From assembly GCA_044337105.1 (NCBI GenBank), contig JBIIOE010000003.1, forward strand, positions 4,850-68,849: DNA of 64,000 nucleotides, in the 5' to 3' direction. The notes beneath the pieces are model-generated. The model did no database searches. It was not told where the DNA came from and was given only the letters and a program-made list of their open reading frames with translations. The first letter of the stretch is position 1, and the number at the start of each line of letters is the position of its first letter. Positions 28,569 through 38,714 of this stretch are shown here, piece after piece. Made by a program: the position numbers and the translations under genes. The DNA is from Bdellovibrionota bacterium (lineage in GTDB: Bacteria > Bdellovibrionota_C > UBA2361 > OMII01).

Positions 28569-30923
28569 TTACAGATCGAACTTAATACCAGCCAAAGCCG
28601 TAAACGGCATTCCCGGTCTTGCGCCCGAGGGTCTCCACGACACGATGTACTCGTTGTCGAAGAGGTTCGTAGCGTCGAGGAAGAGTCGCACACCCTTCTT
28701 GATGTCGGGTGATTCTACGTGCATGTCCACCACGAAGTACGAATCGGTTTGTGGTGCAGATGTAGCTGTTGGGCTGCTCGGCTGTGTGGACATCGAATCC
28801 ACGAAGTACGAGCGGAACAGGAGCTGTCCGTACTTGTCGTGTTCGATGCCCGCACCGACGGCAAACTGGTGCTCTGCGATGTAGGGAATACGCGCCCCGG
28901 ATTGCACATCACCATAGGCATCGCTCTTGAAGGTCGAGCGGAACTCCGCGTTGGTGTACGTGTAGGTTGCGTACACAGGGAGGCGATACGAGGTCTGGAA
29001 GAGCTCTCCCATGTTGTATCGCACGCTGGACTCCGCTCCATAGGTGAGGGCTTCTCCGAGATTGAACTGATCTCCCGTTCCACCGCCACCGCTGGCGAGT
29101 GAATCAACGCCGAGGAGGTTGTCGTAGTCGTTGATGAAGAAAGTGAACTGTGAAACGAGCGAATTCTTGGTGATGTTCGTTCCGATCTCGTAGGCGATGC
29201 TCTCCTCTTCTTTGATGCCGTCTTTGTCGCTTGGTCCTGGAGGAGAGAACCCTTTGTGAACGCCAGCGAAGGTGGAGAAGGTGTCGTTGAAGCGATACTC
29301 TGTTCCGATACCAGGGATCCAGACGTTCAAGCTGGACTCGTTTTCGACGAGAGCTGCGCCTGTTCTGTCGGGATCGTTTTTACCGTAATCTTTCCTCTGG
29401 AGCTGGATGTTCTCGTAGCGTAGTCCGGGGAGAAATTTCCACGAGCCGATCGAGATCGTGTCCTGGAGATAAAGAGCCGTGGCGTCAGCGGAAGAAACGC
29501 GGTTGGCGTTACTCTTGGGCGCGCCTTGGCTTGTTTGCACCAAAGAGCCGTTGGTCATCTGGTAGCCGGCATCTTGCTGTTGTCGATCCTCTTCGTCTTG
29601 GTGGTAGCGAGCGCCGAACTCGAAGCGGTGATCGAGGGAGTCGCCCTTGACGGTGGCTACCATGACCGACTGCACACCAGCGCCGTAGTAGTCACGATCT
29701 GCATCGCGAAGAACGAGCGCATTTGCAGGGCTGTTCCCCGCACCGGTCAGGTACGAGAACGCATCGGGATACGCCGATGGATTGTCGAGCACCGATGGCA
29801 GAGAGACGCCACTCACACCATCGAGCTTGTTCCAGCGCCTAGCGGTGTCGTTATAGTAAGCGGTAGTCGTGACGTCGATGTTGTCGGTCGCCTCGATGTA
29901 GTGCTGCGCTTGATACTGCCTCTGACTGACGTTGAGTTTGTCGCGTTGCGAGGCTGCGTAGAGGCGATTCGGGGTGTTGCCAAAATCTTCACGTGAGAGT
30001 CCGAGGTAGGTCTCGTTTGAGTCCTGCTCGTAGTAGCCAAACTTCAATTGTAGCTGTTGATACACCTCGCTGTCTCGGTCGGTGTTGAAGCGCAGCTTTC
30101 CGACGTAGTCTTGTAGGTCAAAGCCGGTGTCCCCGCCTCCATCGAGATCTTTAAATCCGTCGGTGACGATCTGGAAGGTCTCGAGCAAGTATCCGAAGTT
30201 CTCGAAGGACTCACCGAGGTACACGTGGCCGCGAGTTGTGTCGTGGCTTCCCGTAGCGAGGTTGCCCTTCAACGTGAACTGATCCGGAATCGCTGTCGAA
30301 AGCAGGTTGAGCGAGCCGCCGGTCGTGCGAGGGCCGTACTTAATTTGACCTGCCCCTTTGAGCACTTCAACGCCGGACATGCGCGCAAACGAGGGGAAAT
30401 AGTATGCCGCCGGAGCCGCATACGGCGCAGGGGCTATCAGCACACCATCCTCCATCAAGGTGATCGAGTTGCTACGCTCGGAGGGGGTGCCGCGCATGCC
30501 GATATTTGGTCGAAGGCCGTAGCCCTCCTCTTCGACGATGTTGAGGCCTGGAACTGTGCGAAGTGCACGGGTTATGTCCCCTAGCCCGGTTTTGGCTTGC
30601 TCGAGCTCCGGGCCCTCGAGCAGGGCGGCTGAGCCTGGGACTTCGGAGATCTTCTTGGAGCTTCCAACAACCGTAATTCGCTCTAGGATCTTCTCGTCCC
30701 GGCCTGTGCGCTGTGCGGCGGTATCGGTATCTCCGACTTTGGAGGTGTCCGCTTTCTTGGTGTCCCCCTCTTCGCTCTTGCTTGGGGAGTCCTCGGCGTC
30801 TGCTGCCCGACAGGGGGTCGCCGTACTGACGAGCATGAGGGCTGCAGTCAGGGAGATGGCCCAACATGTTGACCTAAAAAGGGTTTTCCCCCGCCACCTG
30901 TTCAAAGTACTAAACGAAACCAT
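28569..30923 (-). CDS. TonB-dependent outer-membrane receptor
   Basis: 784 aa. Signal peptide, plug domain (ITVVGS..., PGLNIVEEEGYGLRPNIGMRGT), long beta-barrel, C-terminal ...FTALAGIKFDL. Confidence 0.93.
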   Translation of the reverse strand: MVSFSTLNRWRGKTLFRSTCWAISLTAALMLVSTATPCRAADAEDSPSKSEEGDTKKADTSKVGDTDTAAQRTGRDEKILERITVVGSSKKISEVPGSAALLEGPELEQAKTGLGDITRALRTVPGLNIVEEEGYGLRPNIGMRGTPSERSNSITLMEDGVLIAPAPYAAPAAYYFPSFARMSGVEVLKGAGQIKYGPRTTGGSLNLLSTAIPDQFTLKGNLATGSHDTTRGHVYLGESFENFGYLLETFQIVTDGFKDLDGGGDTGFDLQDYVGKLRFNTDRDSEVYQQLQLKFGYYEQDSNETYLGLSREDFGNTPNRLYAASQRDKLNVSQRQYQAQHYIEATDNIDVTTTAYYNDTARRWNKLDGVSGVSLPSVLDNPSAYPDAFSYLTGAGNSPANALVLRDADRDYYGAGVQSVMVATVKGDSLDHRFEFGARYHQDEEDRQQQDAGYQMTNGSLVQTSQGAPKSNANRVSSADATALYLQDTISIGSWKFLPGLRYENIQLQRKDYGKNDPDRTGAALVENESSLNVWIPGIGTEYRFNDTFSTFAGVHKGFSPPGPSDKDGIKEEESIAYEIGTNITKNSLVSQFTFFINDYDNLLGVDSLASGGGGTGDQFNLGEALTYGAESSVRYNMGELFQTSYRLPVYATYTYTNAEFRSTFKSDAYGDVQSGARIPYIAEHQFAVGAGIEHDKYGQLLFRSYFVDSMSTQPSSPTATSAPQTDSYFVVDMHVESPDIKKGVRLFLDATNLFDNEYIVSWRPSGARPGMPFTALAGIKFDL

Positions 30924-31112
30924 TCTTCTCCCCGGCTCTTAGCTACAGCATACAAACGACTTAAACGCACAGTTGTCTTCTGGTATGCCAGAATTGAGGA
31001 AGAGATATATCGAGGATGTTTGGCATGTCAATATGTCCTATTGCTATTAAACATCGCTTTTTTTATTATTCCCTCATAACGCCCGGTAGTTCATTAAGAA
31101 GGCTCTGTTCCC

Positions 31113-31970
31113 GTGTCAGCGGCAACTGCATCCCAGATACAATTTGAAGCTGTTCCTGCGCCTCACCCGTTTGACCAACTGGCGGCGGTGGTGCCGGCGA
31201 GCCTTGCGGTCTGTCGGAGATCGCGAGCGGAGGATGCGCGGAAGTTCTTCAGAGCGGGTTTGTGTGCATCCCTCGGGGTGCACGCCGCGGTGGCGTTGGC
31301 GGGGTGGCTCTTCGTAAATGTCTACTTTCCACCCAAGGAAGAGGTCATCTTACCTCAGGCACCACAGCTTTTTGATATCTCGATCGTTCCACTCTCGGCC
31401 CTCGAAACGGTTCTTCCCCAGGGCGCTCCTGTAGAGAAAAAGATGGAAGCTCCCCCAATCCCAAAGGAGGAGCCGCCAGTTAAGGAAAAGCCGCAGCCTC
31501 CCGAAGTTGTCGTGACCAAGAAAAAGATCGAGAAACCCAAGGCGGTAAAGGAGAAGCCGGAGCACAGGTCTTCAGCTGAGCCACAGGCCACGTCTCTTGC
31601 ACCTGTGCGCGATGGTGCGGATGCTCCGTCCACAAATCAGCCGCCGGGGTTCGTCAACGGAACAGGTCCGTCGAACGAGAAGGCGCGCCTTAACTACCAA
31701 GAAGCTGTTGCGATGATTTTGGCCCGCGCTAAGCGTTATCCCGAGAGGGCGCTACGACGTGGTGTCACTGGTGAGGCAACGATTCGAATAGAGATCCTTT
31801 CAGATGGGTCGCTCTCTGACTTCGAGATCCTCCGTTCGGCTGGAGCTAGCGTGTTGGACGAGGAGCTCCGAGCGATGGTGGATCGTGCGGCGCCCTTTCC
31901 GAGTTTTCCGGGAGATCTCAAGCGACCCTTTTTGGCGCTTGTAGTGCCGGTGGCGTTTACCATTAAGTAG
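31113..31970 (+). CDS. tonB: TonB-family energy transducer
   Basis: TM anchor, Pro/Lys/Glu-rich spacer (KEEPPVKEKPQPPEVVVTKKKIEKPKAVKEKPE), TonB_C motif YPERALRRGVTGEATIRIEILSDGSL. Divergent from the receptor gene. GTG start. Confidence 0.85.
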   Translation: MSAATASQIQFEAVPAPHPFDQLAAVVPASLAVCRRSRAEDARKFFRAGLCASLGVHAAVALAGWLFVNVYFPPKEEVILPQAPQLFDISIVPLSALETVLPQGAPVEKKMEAPPIPKEEPPVKEKPQPPEVVVTKKKIEKPKAVKEKPEHRSSAEPQATSLAPVRDGADAPSTNQPPGFVNGTGPSNEKARLNYQEAVAMILARAKRYPERALRRGVTGEATIRIEILSDGSLSDFEILRSAGASVLDEELRAMVDRAAPFPSFPGDLKRPFLALVVPVAFTIK

Positions 31971-31998
31971 CGGCTCATCGTGGAATCGAGTGAATGGT

Positions 31999-32029
31999 AA
32001 CGCGGGAGGAAATGACGCAAGCCCGCGTT
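31999..32029 (+). terminator. Hairpin downstream of tonB
   Basis: AACGCGGG...CCCGCGTT 8-bp stem with a 15-nt loop. No U-tract. Confidence 0.3.
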
Positions 32030-32168
32030 CTCATCCCCCACCCGATTTCACAAAGAGTCCAAACAGTACGAGCTAACTATGAAAGCGTTTCGGCTTCCGG
32101 AGGGGGCGCGGTCTCACCTGATCTTCTTAGCCGATGAGTCGGCTTTGCCATCAGGTGGTGTGCGCAGG

Positions 32169-34727
32169 CTATGCGGCAGAGGAGCGACGCAATCGTCGAC
32201 CGAACTCGCGTACGAGGATCTCTATGAACAGCAGCGCCATAGCGAGTAGCACGAAGAGGTGCTCTCGGTTGTGCTTGTCGGATAGCACGGTCAGTGAGCC
32301 CTTGAGGTCATCGGCGGAAGGATTCACTACACCACCGGTTCGTGACGCTATCTGTTCCAGGAGCGCAGTGTTCGGCTGCTTGCGTGTCTGTTCGCCGAAA
32401 AGTTCACCTGAGAGGGTCCACGCTATGGTGGGGAGTGCTGTGTCACCCACGCGAACGGTGGCTTTGTAGGTCCCCGCAGTCGGGCGATCGAGCCTTGCTT
32501 GGTAATGACCAGGGCTTACGCTCTGAAGATTGAGTGTGCGCTCCTCTCCAAGGGGTGTGACAATTGTCCCAGTTATGCGGTCTGCTCCAGTATCTTGATA
32601 GATCGAGAGGTCAAATACGAACTCTCCGCCCTCGAGCCACGAGCGTGCGTCGAACGGAATGGCAGCCCCTTTGCTGGCGCCTTTGGGGAGGGTCGATTCG
32701 ATGATGTCGGACCAGAACTCATTGATGCTTTGCCAGCGCATCCAGTTCGACGACCAGCGCCCGTTTGCATCGGAGGTGAAGGCAACAGCTTTTCCTTTGC
32801 CGATGCTCCACGAGGCGAGCAACGGATAGGCTTTGTCGCCCTCTGCGATGACGAGCTCGGTGCTGGCAGCGTCGCGAGCGAGTGTTTGAACGAATCCGCG
32901 CAGTGACGGAAAGCTCGAGAGTGATGTGCTTACGATACCGCTCGGTCCTGGGCTGACGTACAACTCGGAGACCTCTTTGAGCGTTTGTTCGCCGGAGGCT
33001 ACCTTCACATCAGAGAGGAAGATCTTGGGCAGATTTGATGGGTCGTATGTTTGATAGAACGATCCACCGCCTCGCTGCGCCATTTGAGAGAGGAAGCCCT
33101 GATCGTCGTCGCTTCCGATAAGAACGGTGGACACGGTGATACCTACACCGCGCATCTGCCGAATCAGTTCGAAGTAGTACTCACCCGCATCGGGAAGTTT
33201 GCCGTCGGTCAGCACTATCACGTGTTTTCGGCCCGCGTTGACGCGCATCAAACCGTTTCGTGCTTCGTCCAGCGCAGGAAAGAGATTGGTCTTGCTGCGA
33301 GGGAAGAGACGGCTGATGCGATCCTTTGCGATGCTTCGCGATTGTCCGACGGGTGAAAGCGGTAGCGCGAGAAACGGAAATTCATCGAATCCGATAATTC
33401 CCAGGTAGTCTTCATCTTTGAGTGAGTCGAGCACTTCGGCGCTCGCGGATTTGGCGAAATCCAGCTTGCTCTCGGCGGCCATGCTGCGGGATTTGTCGAT
33501 GACCAATTGCACCGCGACATTCAGGCGTTTCTTCTCGGTATGTGGCGGCACGAGCTTCACTGGTAGAACTGATTCGATGGGGGTGTCGATGTATCCACCA
33601 AGTCCAAAGCTTTTGTTTCCGCCGACCATTATGAGGCTTATCCCGTTTCGAACTGCGCTCGGGAGGGAGTCCGCGAAATCGCTCGGCAGAGAAGAGCGAG
33701 GAATATTGTTCAAAATGACGACGCGGTAGTCTGCTGGGGAGCCAAGGCCCGAGAGGGTGCCCGAGCCGTTGTGTGCACGAAGCTGGTATGCCTGGTTGTT
33801 CAAGATCTGAGGAAGATAGCGCTCGTCATCAGCAGAGCCCGAAAGGAGTAGTACTTTGTCGCGCTTTTCGCTGGAGAGCCAGCTTGCTTTAGATACCGAA
33901 TGTTGACCGTCGTCGTCGCTCCAGGAAAAGGTAGCCACGATTGAGTTTAGCCCCTCGAGAGACGACTCGCTTTGAGCAGAGATAGTGAGGTCGCTACTGG
34001 AGTTAACAGTAACCTGTTTCGAAAGGACACTTTTGTCGCCATGCTTGATCGTCAACGTGCCGCTTCGGGGTGTCGAAGTCGAGTTGGTAAGGGTCGTTCG
34101 TATATCCGCACTCTTCTGCGCTTTTACCGTCAGTGGGGCATGGAGCTGAGAGATAATAATCGCTTCGTCATCTGCGCTTCCTCCTACAGCGAGCGGGTAT
34201 ATTCGAGCGGTAGTCGCCCCAGAGAGTATCTGAGCTATGCTCCCTTCGGTTTCGTACCCATCTGACAGGAGAAGAGAGAGAGCTCCTTGGCCACCGGTTA
34301 CACTGGAGAGGGCGAGTTCAATATTCGTTGCTCCGCTGTCGAGCTTCTCCCATGCGGAGCGGAGCTGCTGATACGACCCGCCAGAGTGTGGTACTGCGAC
34401 GGGAGCTGCGGTCTTCGCGAATGGAAGCACGAGCAGAGGGATGCCGACCTCACGACTCAGGGCTGTCGCGCGGCGTAGGAGTTCCTCTCCTGTGGTCTCT
34501 GATACGCTCGCAGATGTGTCGACCAGGGCCAAGAGATTCTCTGCGGGGCGCTGCTTGGTTGTATACGGACCAGCAAGAGCGACGATGGCAAGGCTCAGAG
34601 CGAGGAATCGTAGGAGAGCAACGAGGAAGTTCGATGAAGTACGACTACCTCGGTGGCGGAATGTCATAAGCACAAGTGCTGCGCACGCTAGGATCGTATA
34701 GAGGACGGCAGGATATTCAAAGTTCAT
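32169..34727 (-). CDS. Large membrane-anchored VWA-domain protein (Bat-like operon)
   Basis: ATG 34727 overlaps the upstream stop (ATGA). N-terminal TM segments. VWA motifs LALVDTSASV, VIDKSRSM and VIVLTDGK. C-terminal TM. The ORF-track start at 34796 is upstream. Confidence 0.85.
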   Translation of the reverse strand: MNFEYPAVLYTILACAALVLMTFRHRGSRTSSNFLVALLRFLALSLAIVALAGPYTTKQRPAENLLALVDTSASVSETTGEELLRRATALSREVGIPLLVLPFAKTAAPVAVPHSGGSYQQLRSAWEKLDSGATNIELALSSVTGGQGALSLLLSDGYETEGSIAQILSGATTARIYPLAVGGSADDEAIIISQLHAPLTVKAQKSADIRTTLTNSTSTPRSGTLTIKHGDKSVLSKQVTVNSSSDLTISAQSESSLEGLNSIVATFSWSDDDGQHSVSKASWLSSEKRDKVLLLSGSADDERYLPQILNNQAYQLRAHNGSGTLSGLGSPADYRVVILNNIPRSSLPSDFADSLPSAVRNGISLIMVGGNKSFGLGGYIDTPIESVLPVKLVPPHTEKKRLNVAVQLVIDKSRSMAAESKLDFAKSASAEVLDSLKDEDYLGIIGFDEFPFLALPLSPVGQSRSIAKDRISRLFPRSKTNLFPALDEARNGLMRVNAGRKHVIVLTDGKLPDAGEYYFELIRQMRGVGITVSTVLIGSDDDQGFLSQMAQRGGGSFYQTYDPSNLPKIFLSDVKVASGEQTLKEVSELYVSPGPSGIVSTSLSSFPSLRGFVQTLARDAASTELVIAEGDKAYPLLASWSIGKGKAVAFTSDANGRWSSNWMRWQSINEFWSDIIESTLPKGASKGAAIPFDARSWLEGGEFVFDLSIYQDTGADRITGTIVTPLGEERTLNLQSVSPGHYQARLDRPTAGTYKATVRVGDTALPTIAWTLSGELFGEQTRKQPNTALLEQIASRTGGVVNPSADDLKGSLTVLSDKHNREHLFVLLAMALLFIEILVREFGRRLRRSSAA

Positions 34728-36595
34728 GTTCGGCTCCATCGCGAAACTCGGATGATTCGACGGAAGAGGTCGAAGAGTAATGCCACTAGAGCGCACACGA
34801 TTAGCCAGTAGGTCATATCGAACGACTCCCGCGAGGGTTTTGTCTCTGCCCGCTCGATGAGAGGTATACTAAGAGGTGGATTACGTGAGAGGTCTGATTC
34901 GTGATCGGAGAAGAGATTGATAGCTTTCGTAGTGCTCGTCCCGAGTTTCGAATTAGAGAGTTGAATAACTCCTGCTTTGGTGGGAACGATCGTGTTTGCT
35001 TGGGATATCGTTATTGCGCTCGTATCGGGGGCAACATAGGCCGCCTCGGTTACTCCGCGAGGTATCGTCATGGATTCGTACGGAAGTGCTCGTAAAGAAG
35101 ATGCGGTGCTCTCGAATATCCATTTGAAGAGATTCAGGGTAAGGATGCTGAGTGTCGGTGTCTTCGCCCCGTCGAAGGGAAAAATCTCGAATCCGACTAT
35201 CGCGTAACGCACACCTTGTTGTTCTCCGACGCAGGCTACCGTTCCAGCCGTGGTCGTGAGCAGCGGAGTTGCCGATGGCGGACAGGAAACTAGACGCGTG
35301 GCTCGAATGTCGAGTAGCGTCGGGTTTACGTACGTCAGCACAGGGTGAGCGTTGTCCCAGCGTGACATCTCAGTAGCGCGACTTTCTGATTCGCGCACCG
35401 CTCCTCCCCACGGGAGTGGGCCTGGTTGAGGAAACACCATCAGGGTTGGAGACTCAGGTTCGCTCGACACGGAAGAGCGGTGAATGATCTTTGGTAGAGG
35501 TGCTCCAGGCTGCGTCGAAGCGTCACGAGGGCTCGCGACAACTGATACGCTACCCAAGCGCCCAATTTTGAGCTGTTCTGGGGAGAGGGGGCCTGTCAGC
35601 TCTACGCGTGAGACGACCGATTCGGATGTGACCCATCCGTCGTTGTCATCGGCAAGCAGGTCTGAGGCATTCGTGGAGCCGGACGCAGCGACAACTCGAC
35701 AATGCGACCAGGAAAAGTCCAGCGGCCCAAGCTGCGTCGTAATCGGGACGCCGTTGTGCACCTCTATCGTTACGTCGGGTAACATGCGAGGACGCGAAGG
35801 TGCACCAGTGCTGCTATCGTAACAGAAGGTAGAAAGAGTTACCGGAAGTGTTGGGGTTCCGACCTCTTGCAGAGTTGCGGAGAGGTAAGTTTTTCCTTCG
35901 CTTGTCTTAGGGGTCAGGTTCCTTAGCCAGAGGTTTGCCACCGGACGTCCGCCGACATCTCCGGTAACGGAGACGATTCGTAATTTAGGAGGCATGGTGG
36001 AGGCCTCCAATACTCGGTCGGTGTATACCCATACCGAATCGTACTGCCCGCCATTGATCAGGGAGTTAAGGTGGTTTTGCAGGCGGTCTTCGGTCTGCAG
36101 AGTATTTAGCGCAGAGATCACCGAAGCCGCTTCGAGAGCTGAGACCTTAGCCGAGGAGATAGGTGTGAGGGTTGAGTGAGCAGAAAAAACGGAGAATCGC
36201 GTCGTGGGAAGACTGTTGGTCAGGTCTGCCACAGCGAGACGTTTGACGGTTTCGAAACGGGTTGCGCCATCCTTCCCGGGGGCTTGCATGCTGAGGGATT
36301 GGTCGATCACGATAGCGATTGTGCTGCCGGTGTTGGCGAGAAAGAGTCCCGCGGCCGCAAGAGACAGGAGCGACAAGGCCGCGAGCTCTATCCAGAACTG
36401 CAAAGGAGGCTCGAACTTTTTCCTACTGGTTGGTCGGTTCGGTAGCTCTCGTAGAAACAGCAAAGTAGAAACGACTGCGTGCTTTGATGTCCCTTGATTG
36501 CGATATACATACACGAGTAAGGCTGTTGCCAGCGGTACTCCCAAGAGAAGTAGAGGTGCTGTGGCGCCGAGGCTCGTGCCGAATACCGAGATCAT
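34724..36595 (-). CDS. BatA-N-like (N-terminal double-TM) membrane protein
   Basis: ATG 36595 overlaps the DUF58 stop (ATGA). N-terminus MISVFGTSLGATAPLLLLGVPLATALLVYVYR resembles the aerotolerance-regulator N-terminal domain. C-terminal TM. Confidence 0.78.
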   Translation of the reverse strand: MISVFGTSLGATAPLLLLGVPLATALLVYVYRNQGTSKHAVVSTLLFLRELPNRPTSRKKFEPPLQFWIELAALSLLSLAAAGLFLANTGSTIAIVIDQSLSMQAPGKDGATRFETVKRLAVADLTNSLPTTRFSVFSAHSTLTPISSAKVSALEAASVISALNTLQTEDRLQNHLNSLINGGQYDSVWVYTDRVLEASTMPPKLRIVSVTGDVGGRPVANLWLRNLTPKTSEGKTYLSATLQEVGTPTLPVTLSTFCYDSSTGAPSRPRMLPDVTIEVHNGVPITTQLGPLDFSWSHCRVVAASGSTNASDLLADDNDGWVTSESVVSRVELTGPLSPEQLKIGRLGSVSVVASPRDASTQPGAPLPKIIHRSSVSSEPESPTLMVFPQPGPLPWGGAVRESESRATEMSRWDNAHPVLTYVNPTLLDIRATRLVSCPPSATPLLTTTAGTVACVGEQQGVRYAIVGFEIFPFDGAKTPTLSILTLNLFKWIFESTASSLRALPYESMTIPRGVTEAAYVAPDTSAITISQANTIVPTKAGVIQLSNSKLGTSTTKAINLFSDHESDLSRNPPLSIPLIERAETKPSRESFDMTYWLIVCALVALLFDLFRRIIRVSRWSRT

Positions 36596-37482
36596 AAGAA
36601 AAGGCTCATCGTGGTTAAGGTCTCTATTCCGCATTCGGTCAGGGGCTCGCGAACCTCCTGAGAGACGAATTTTATCTGATGAGAGAGGCAATGCTTCCGA
36701 ACAGCATCGTTGTGCTCGCCCAGGAGTAGAGCGTAGCGCGCACGATCCTCGGGCTCGAGTGAGATGCCTAGCTCCTCGCCCGTTTCGCTGTCTGTGAGCG
36801 TCGCGCCTGCAGAGCCGGGGCGAGGCTCCAGATCTGAAGGCCCCAGGACCTGTATCGCGTGCACTTCCATATTGCGCGCTCTAAGAGCGCCAAGAGCCTC
36901 GGCAACGGTATCGAGTGGATAGAGGAAATCAGAGATGACCAGACACACTCCTGGAAATTGAACTCGAGTGGCGATACGACGCGACTCCTCGACGATGTCT
37001 ACGGTGCGTGGTGCTTCATCAACGAGGGTCTCTGTAGCTTGGTCGAGGAAACGCTTGACCGAATTGAACGCCTTTGCACCCCAAAATGTGGAGCTATGCG
37101 CCCCCCCGAGTACTGAGATAGTGACAGGATCCTGCGCAGAGAGTGCGATGTACGAGGAGAATGCCGCTATATAGGTTGCGAGGTCCCATTTACTTCGCAG
37201 ATCAGGATGGGTCAACGAGCGCGAGCCGTCTATAATTACGAAGAGAGAGACGCTCTCTTCTTGGAGATAGCGACGGATGTAGAGCTTGTCGCTGCGAGCG
37301 AAAAGGTTCCAGTCGATATATCGGGGATTGTCTCCGATCTCGTATTTTCGGTATTCGGCGAACTCTACGCCGTGACCACGGCGTGGCGAGCGGTGCGCTC
37401 CCTGCCGCATTCCGAAGAAGGAGCGACGAGTTCGCAGGGCAAAGGCGTCGAGAACGCGTAAGGTGTCGGCATCGATGAGCAT
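36592..37482 (-). CDS. DUF58-family protein
   Basis: RRGHGVEFAEYRKYEIGDNPRYIDWNLFARSDKLYIRRYLQEE...VIIDGSRS, the typical DUF58 signature. Directly follows moxR. Confidence 0.88.
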   Translation of the reverse strand: MLIDADTLRVLDAFALRTRRSFFGMRQGAHRSPRRGHGVEFAEYRKYEIGDNPRYIDWNLFARSDKLYIRRYLQEESVSLFVIIDGSRSLTHPDLRSKWDLATYIAAFSSYIALSAQDPVTISVLGGAHSSTFWGAKAFNSVKRFLDQATETLVDEAPRTVDIVEESRRIATRVQFPGVCLVISDFLYPLDTVAEALGALRARNMEVHAIQVLGPSDLEPRPGSAGATLTDSETGEELGISLEPEDRARYALLLGEHNDAVRKHCLSHQIKFVSQEVREPLTECGIETLTTMSLFL

Positions 37483-37493
37483 GAGAGTGCACC

Positions 37494-38507
37494 TTACTTG
37501 GCGTTACGGACCTCCTCGATCAGATCGTCCGCGGTGACTGCGTCGGCTTCTGCTTGAAAGTTAACAATCAGACGGTGGCGCAGAGCGGGTTTTATTACCC
37601 CTCGAATATCTTCGAACGAGAGATTGATTCGACCATCGAGGAGAGCTGCGACCTTTGCCGCAAGCACCACCGCTTGAGCTCCGCGAGGGCCTGGGCCGAA
37701 GCGAAGGTATTGCTTGACCTTTGGGGTAGCAAATGGAGATGTCGGCGTGAGCGCGGCGATAACTCGAACGATTACCTCCTGCATCGGATCAGAGATGACG
37801 ACATGTCGGACGATGTTTTGCATCGCCAAGAGATAGGTGTGCGCCTCTTCACGCGGAAAGACGGGGGTGACCTCATAGGCCGATGTTCCCGTGGTGCGCG
37901 AGAGGATCTCCTTGAGCTCCTGGGAAGTTGGTGCCGGCACGACGAGTTTAAAGAGAAAGCGATCGAGCTGCGCTTCGGGTAATGGATACGTACCCTCGAG
38001 TTCGATCGGATTCTGAGTGGCAAGAACAAAGAAAGGTTTCGGTAGAGGGTGTGTTTGATCGAGGACCGTGACCTGACGCTCCTCCATCGCCTCGAGCAGA
38101 GAGGATTGAGTCTTTGCAGTGGCGCGATTTATTTCGTCAGCGAGCACGATGTTGGCGAACACAGGACCCTCTTTGAATACGAAGCGACGAGCACCGTTTT
38201 CGTCCTCGGTAAGGATCTGAGTGCCGGTTACGTCAGAGGGCATGAGGTCGGGGGTGAATTGAACGCGCTTGAAGGTCAGTCCAAGAGCCTGGGAGATCGA
38301 TTTGACCAGGGAGGTTTTGCCGAGGCCAGGTACCCCTTCCAGAAGTACGTGTCCACGGGCGCAGATTGCGGAGAGCGTTCCCCTGACGACATCTTGCATA
38401 CCGACGATGGCTTTGCCGACCTCCTGTTCTATCTTGAGGAAAGAGGTTTGAAAGTCTTTTATCGACCGTTCGAGGGAGGCTGAGTCGCGAATGTCTGCAT
38501 CGTGCAT
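37494..38507 (-). CDS. MoxR-family AAA+ ATPase
   Basis: Walker A LLEGVPGLGKTS, Walker B VLADEINRA. MoxR-typical length of 337 aa. Confidence 0.95.
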   Translation of the reverse strand: MHDADIRDSASLERSIKDFQTSFLKIEQEVGKAIVGMQDVVRGTLSAICARGHVLLEGVPGLGKTSLVKSISQALGLTFKRVQFTPDLMPSDVTGTQILTEDENGARRFVFKEGPVFANIVLADEINRATAKTQSSLLEAMEERQVTVLDQTHPLPKPFFVLATQNPIELEGTYPLPEAQLDRFLFKLVVPAPTSQELKEILSRTTGTSAYEVTPVFPREEAHTYLLAMQNIVRHVVISDPMQEVIVRVIAALTPTSPFATPKVKQYLRFGPGPRGAQAVVLAAKVAALLDGRINLSFEDIRGVIKPALRHRLIVNFQAEADAVTADDLIEEVRNAK

Positions 38508-38714
38508 AGATCTCTCAATCTAGCCTTAGAGCGGAGAGGGGGCAACGGAAGATGAGATGGTGTAGCTGGAGGATGATAAGAAGGAGGATTAACGGTAGCA
38601 ATAGGATCGTGCTACGGACGCCTTCCCTAGCGCGCTCCACTGATATTGATAAACGGAGCAAATGATTGCTACTATCCACGCAAATTTCTTGAGAAAAAGC
38701 GCGCAGCTTACCCC

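Noticed and set aside
30924-31112. Looked for a Fur box or other iron-responsive operator between the divergent TonB-dependent receptor and tonB genes
   Set aside because: I could see no convincing match to the GATAATGATAATCATTATC consensus. The region is AT-rich, but no clear palindrome is present.
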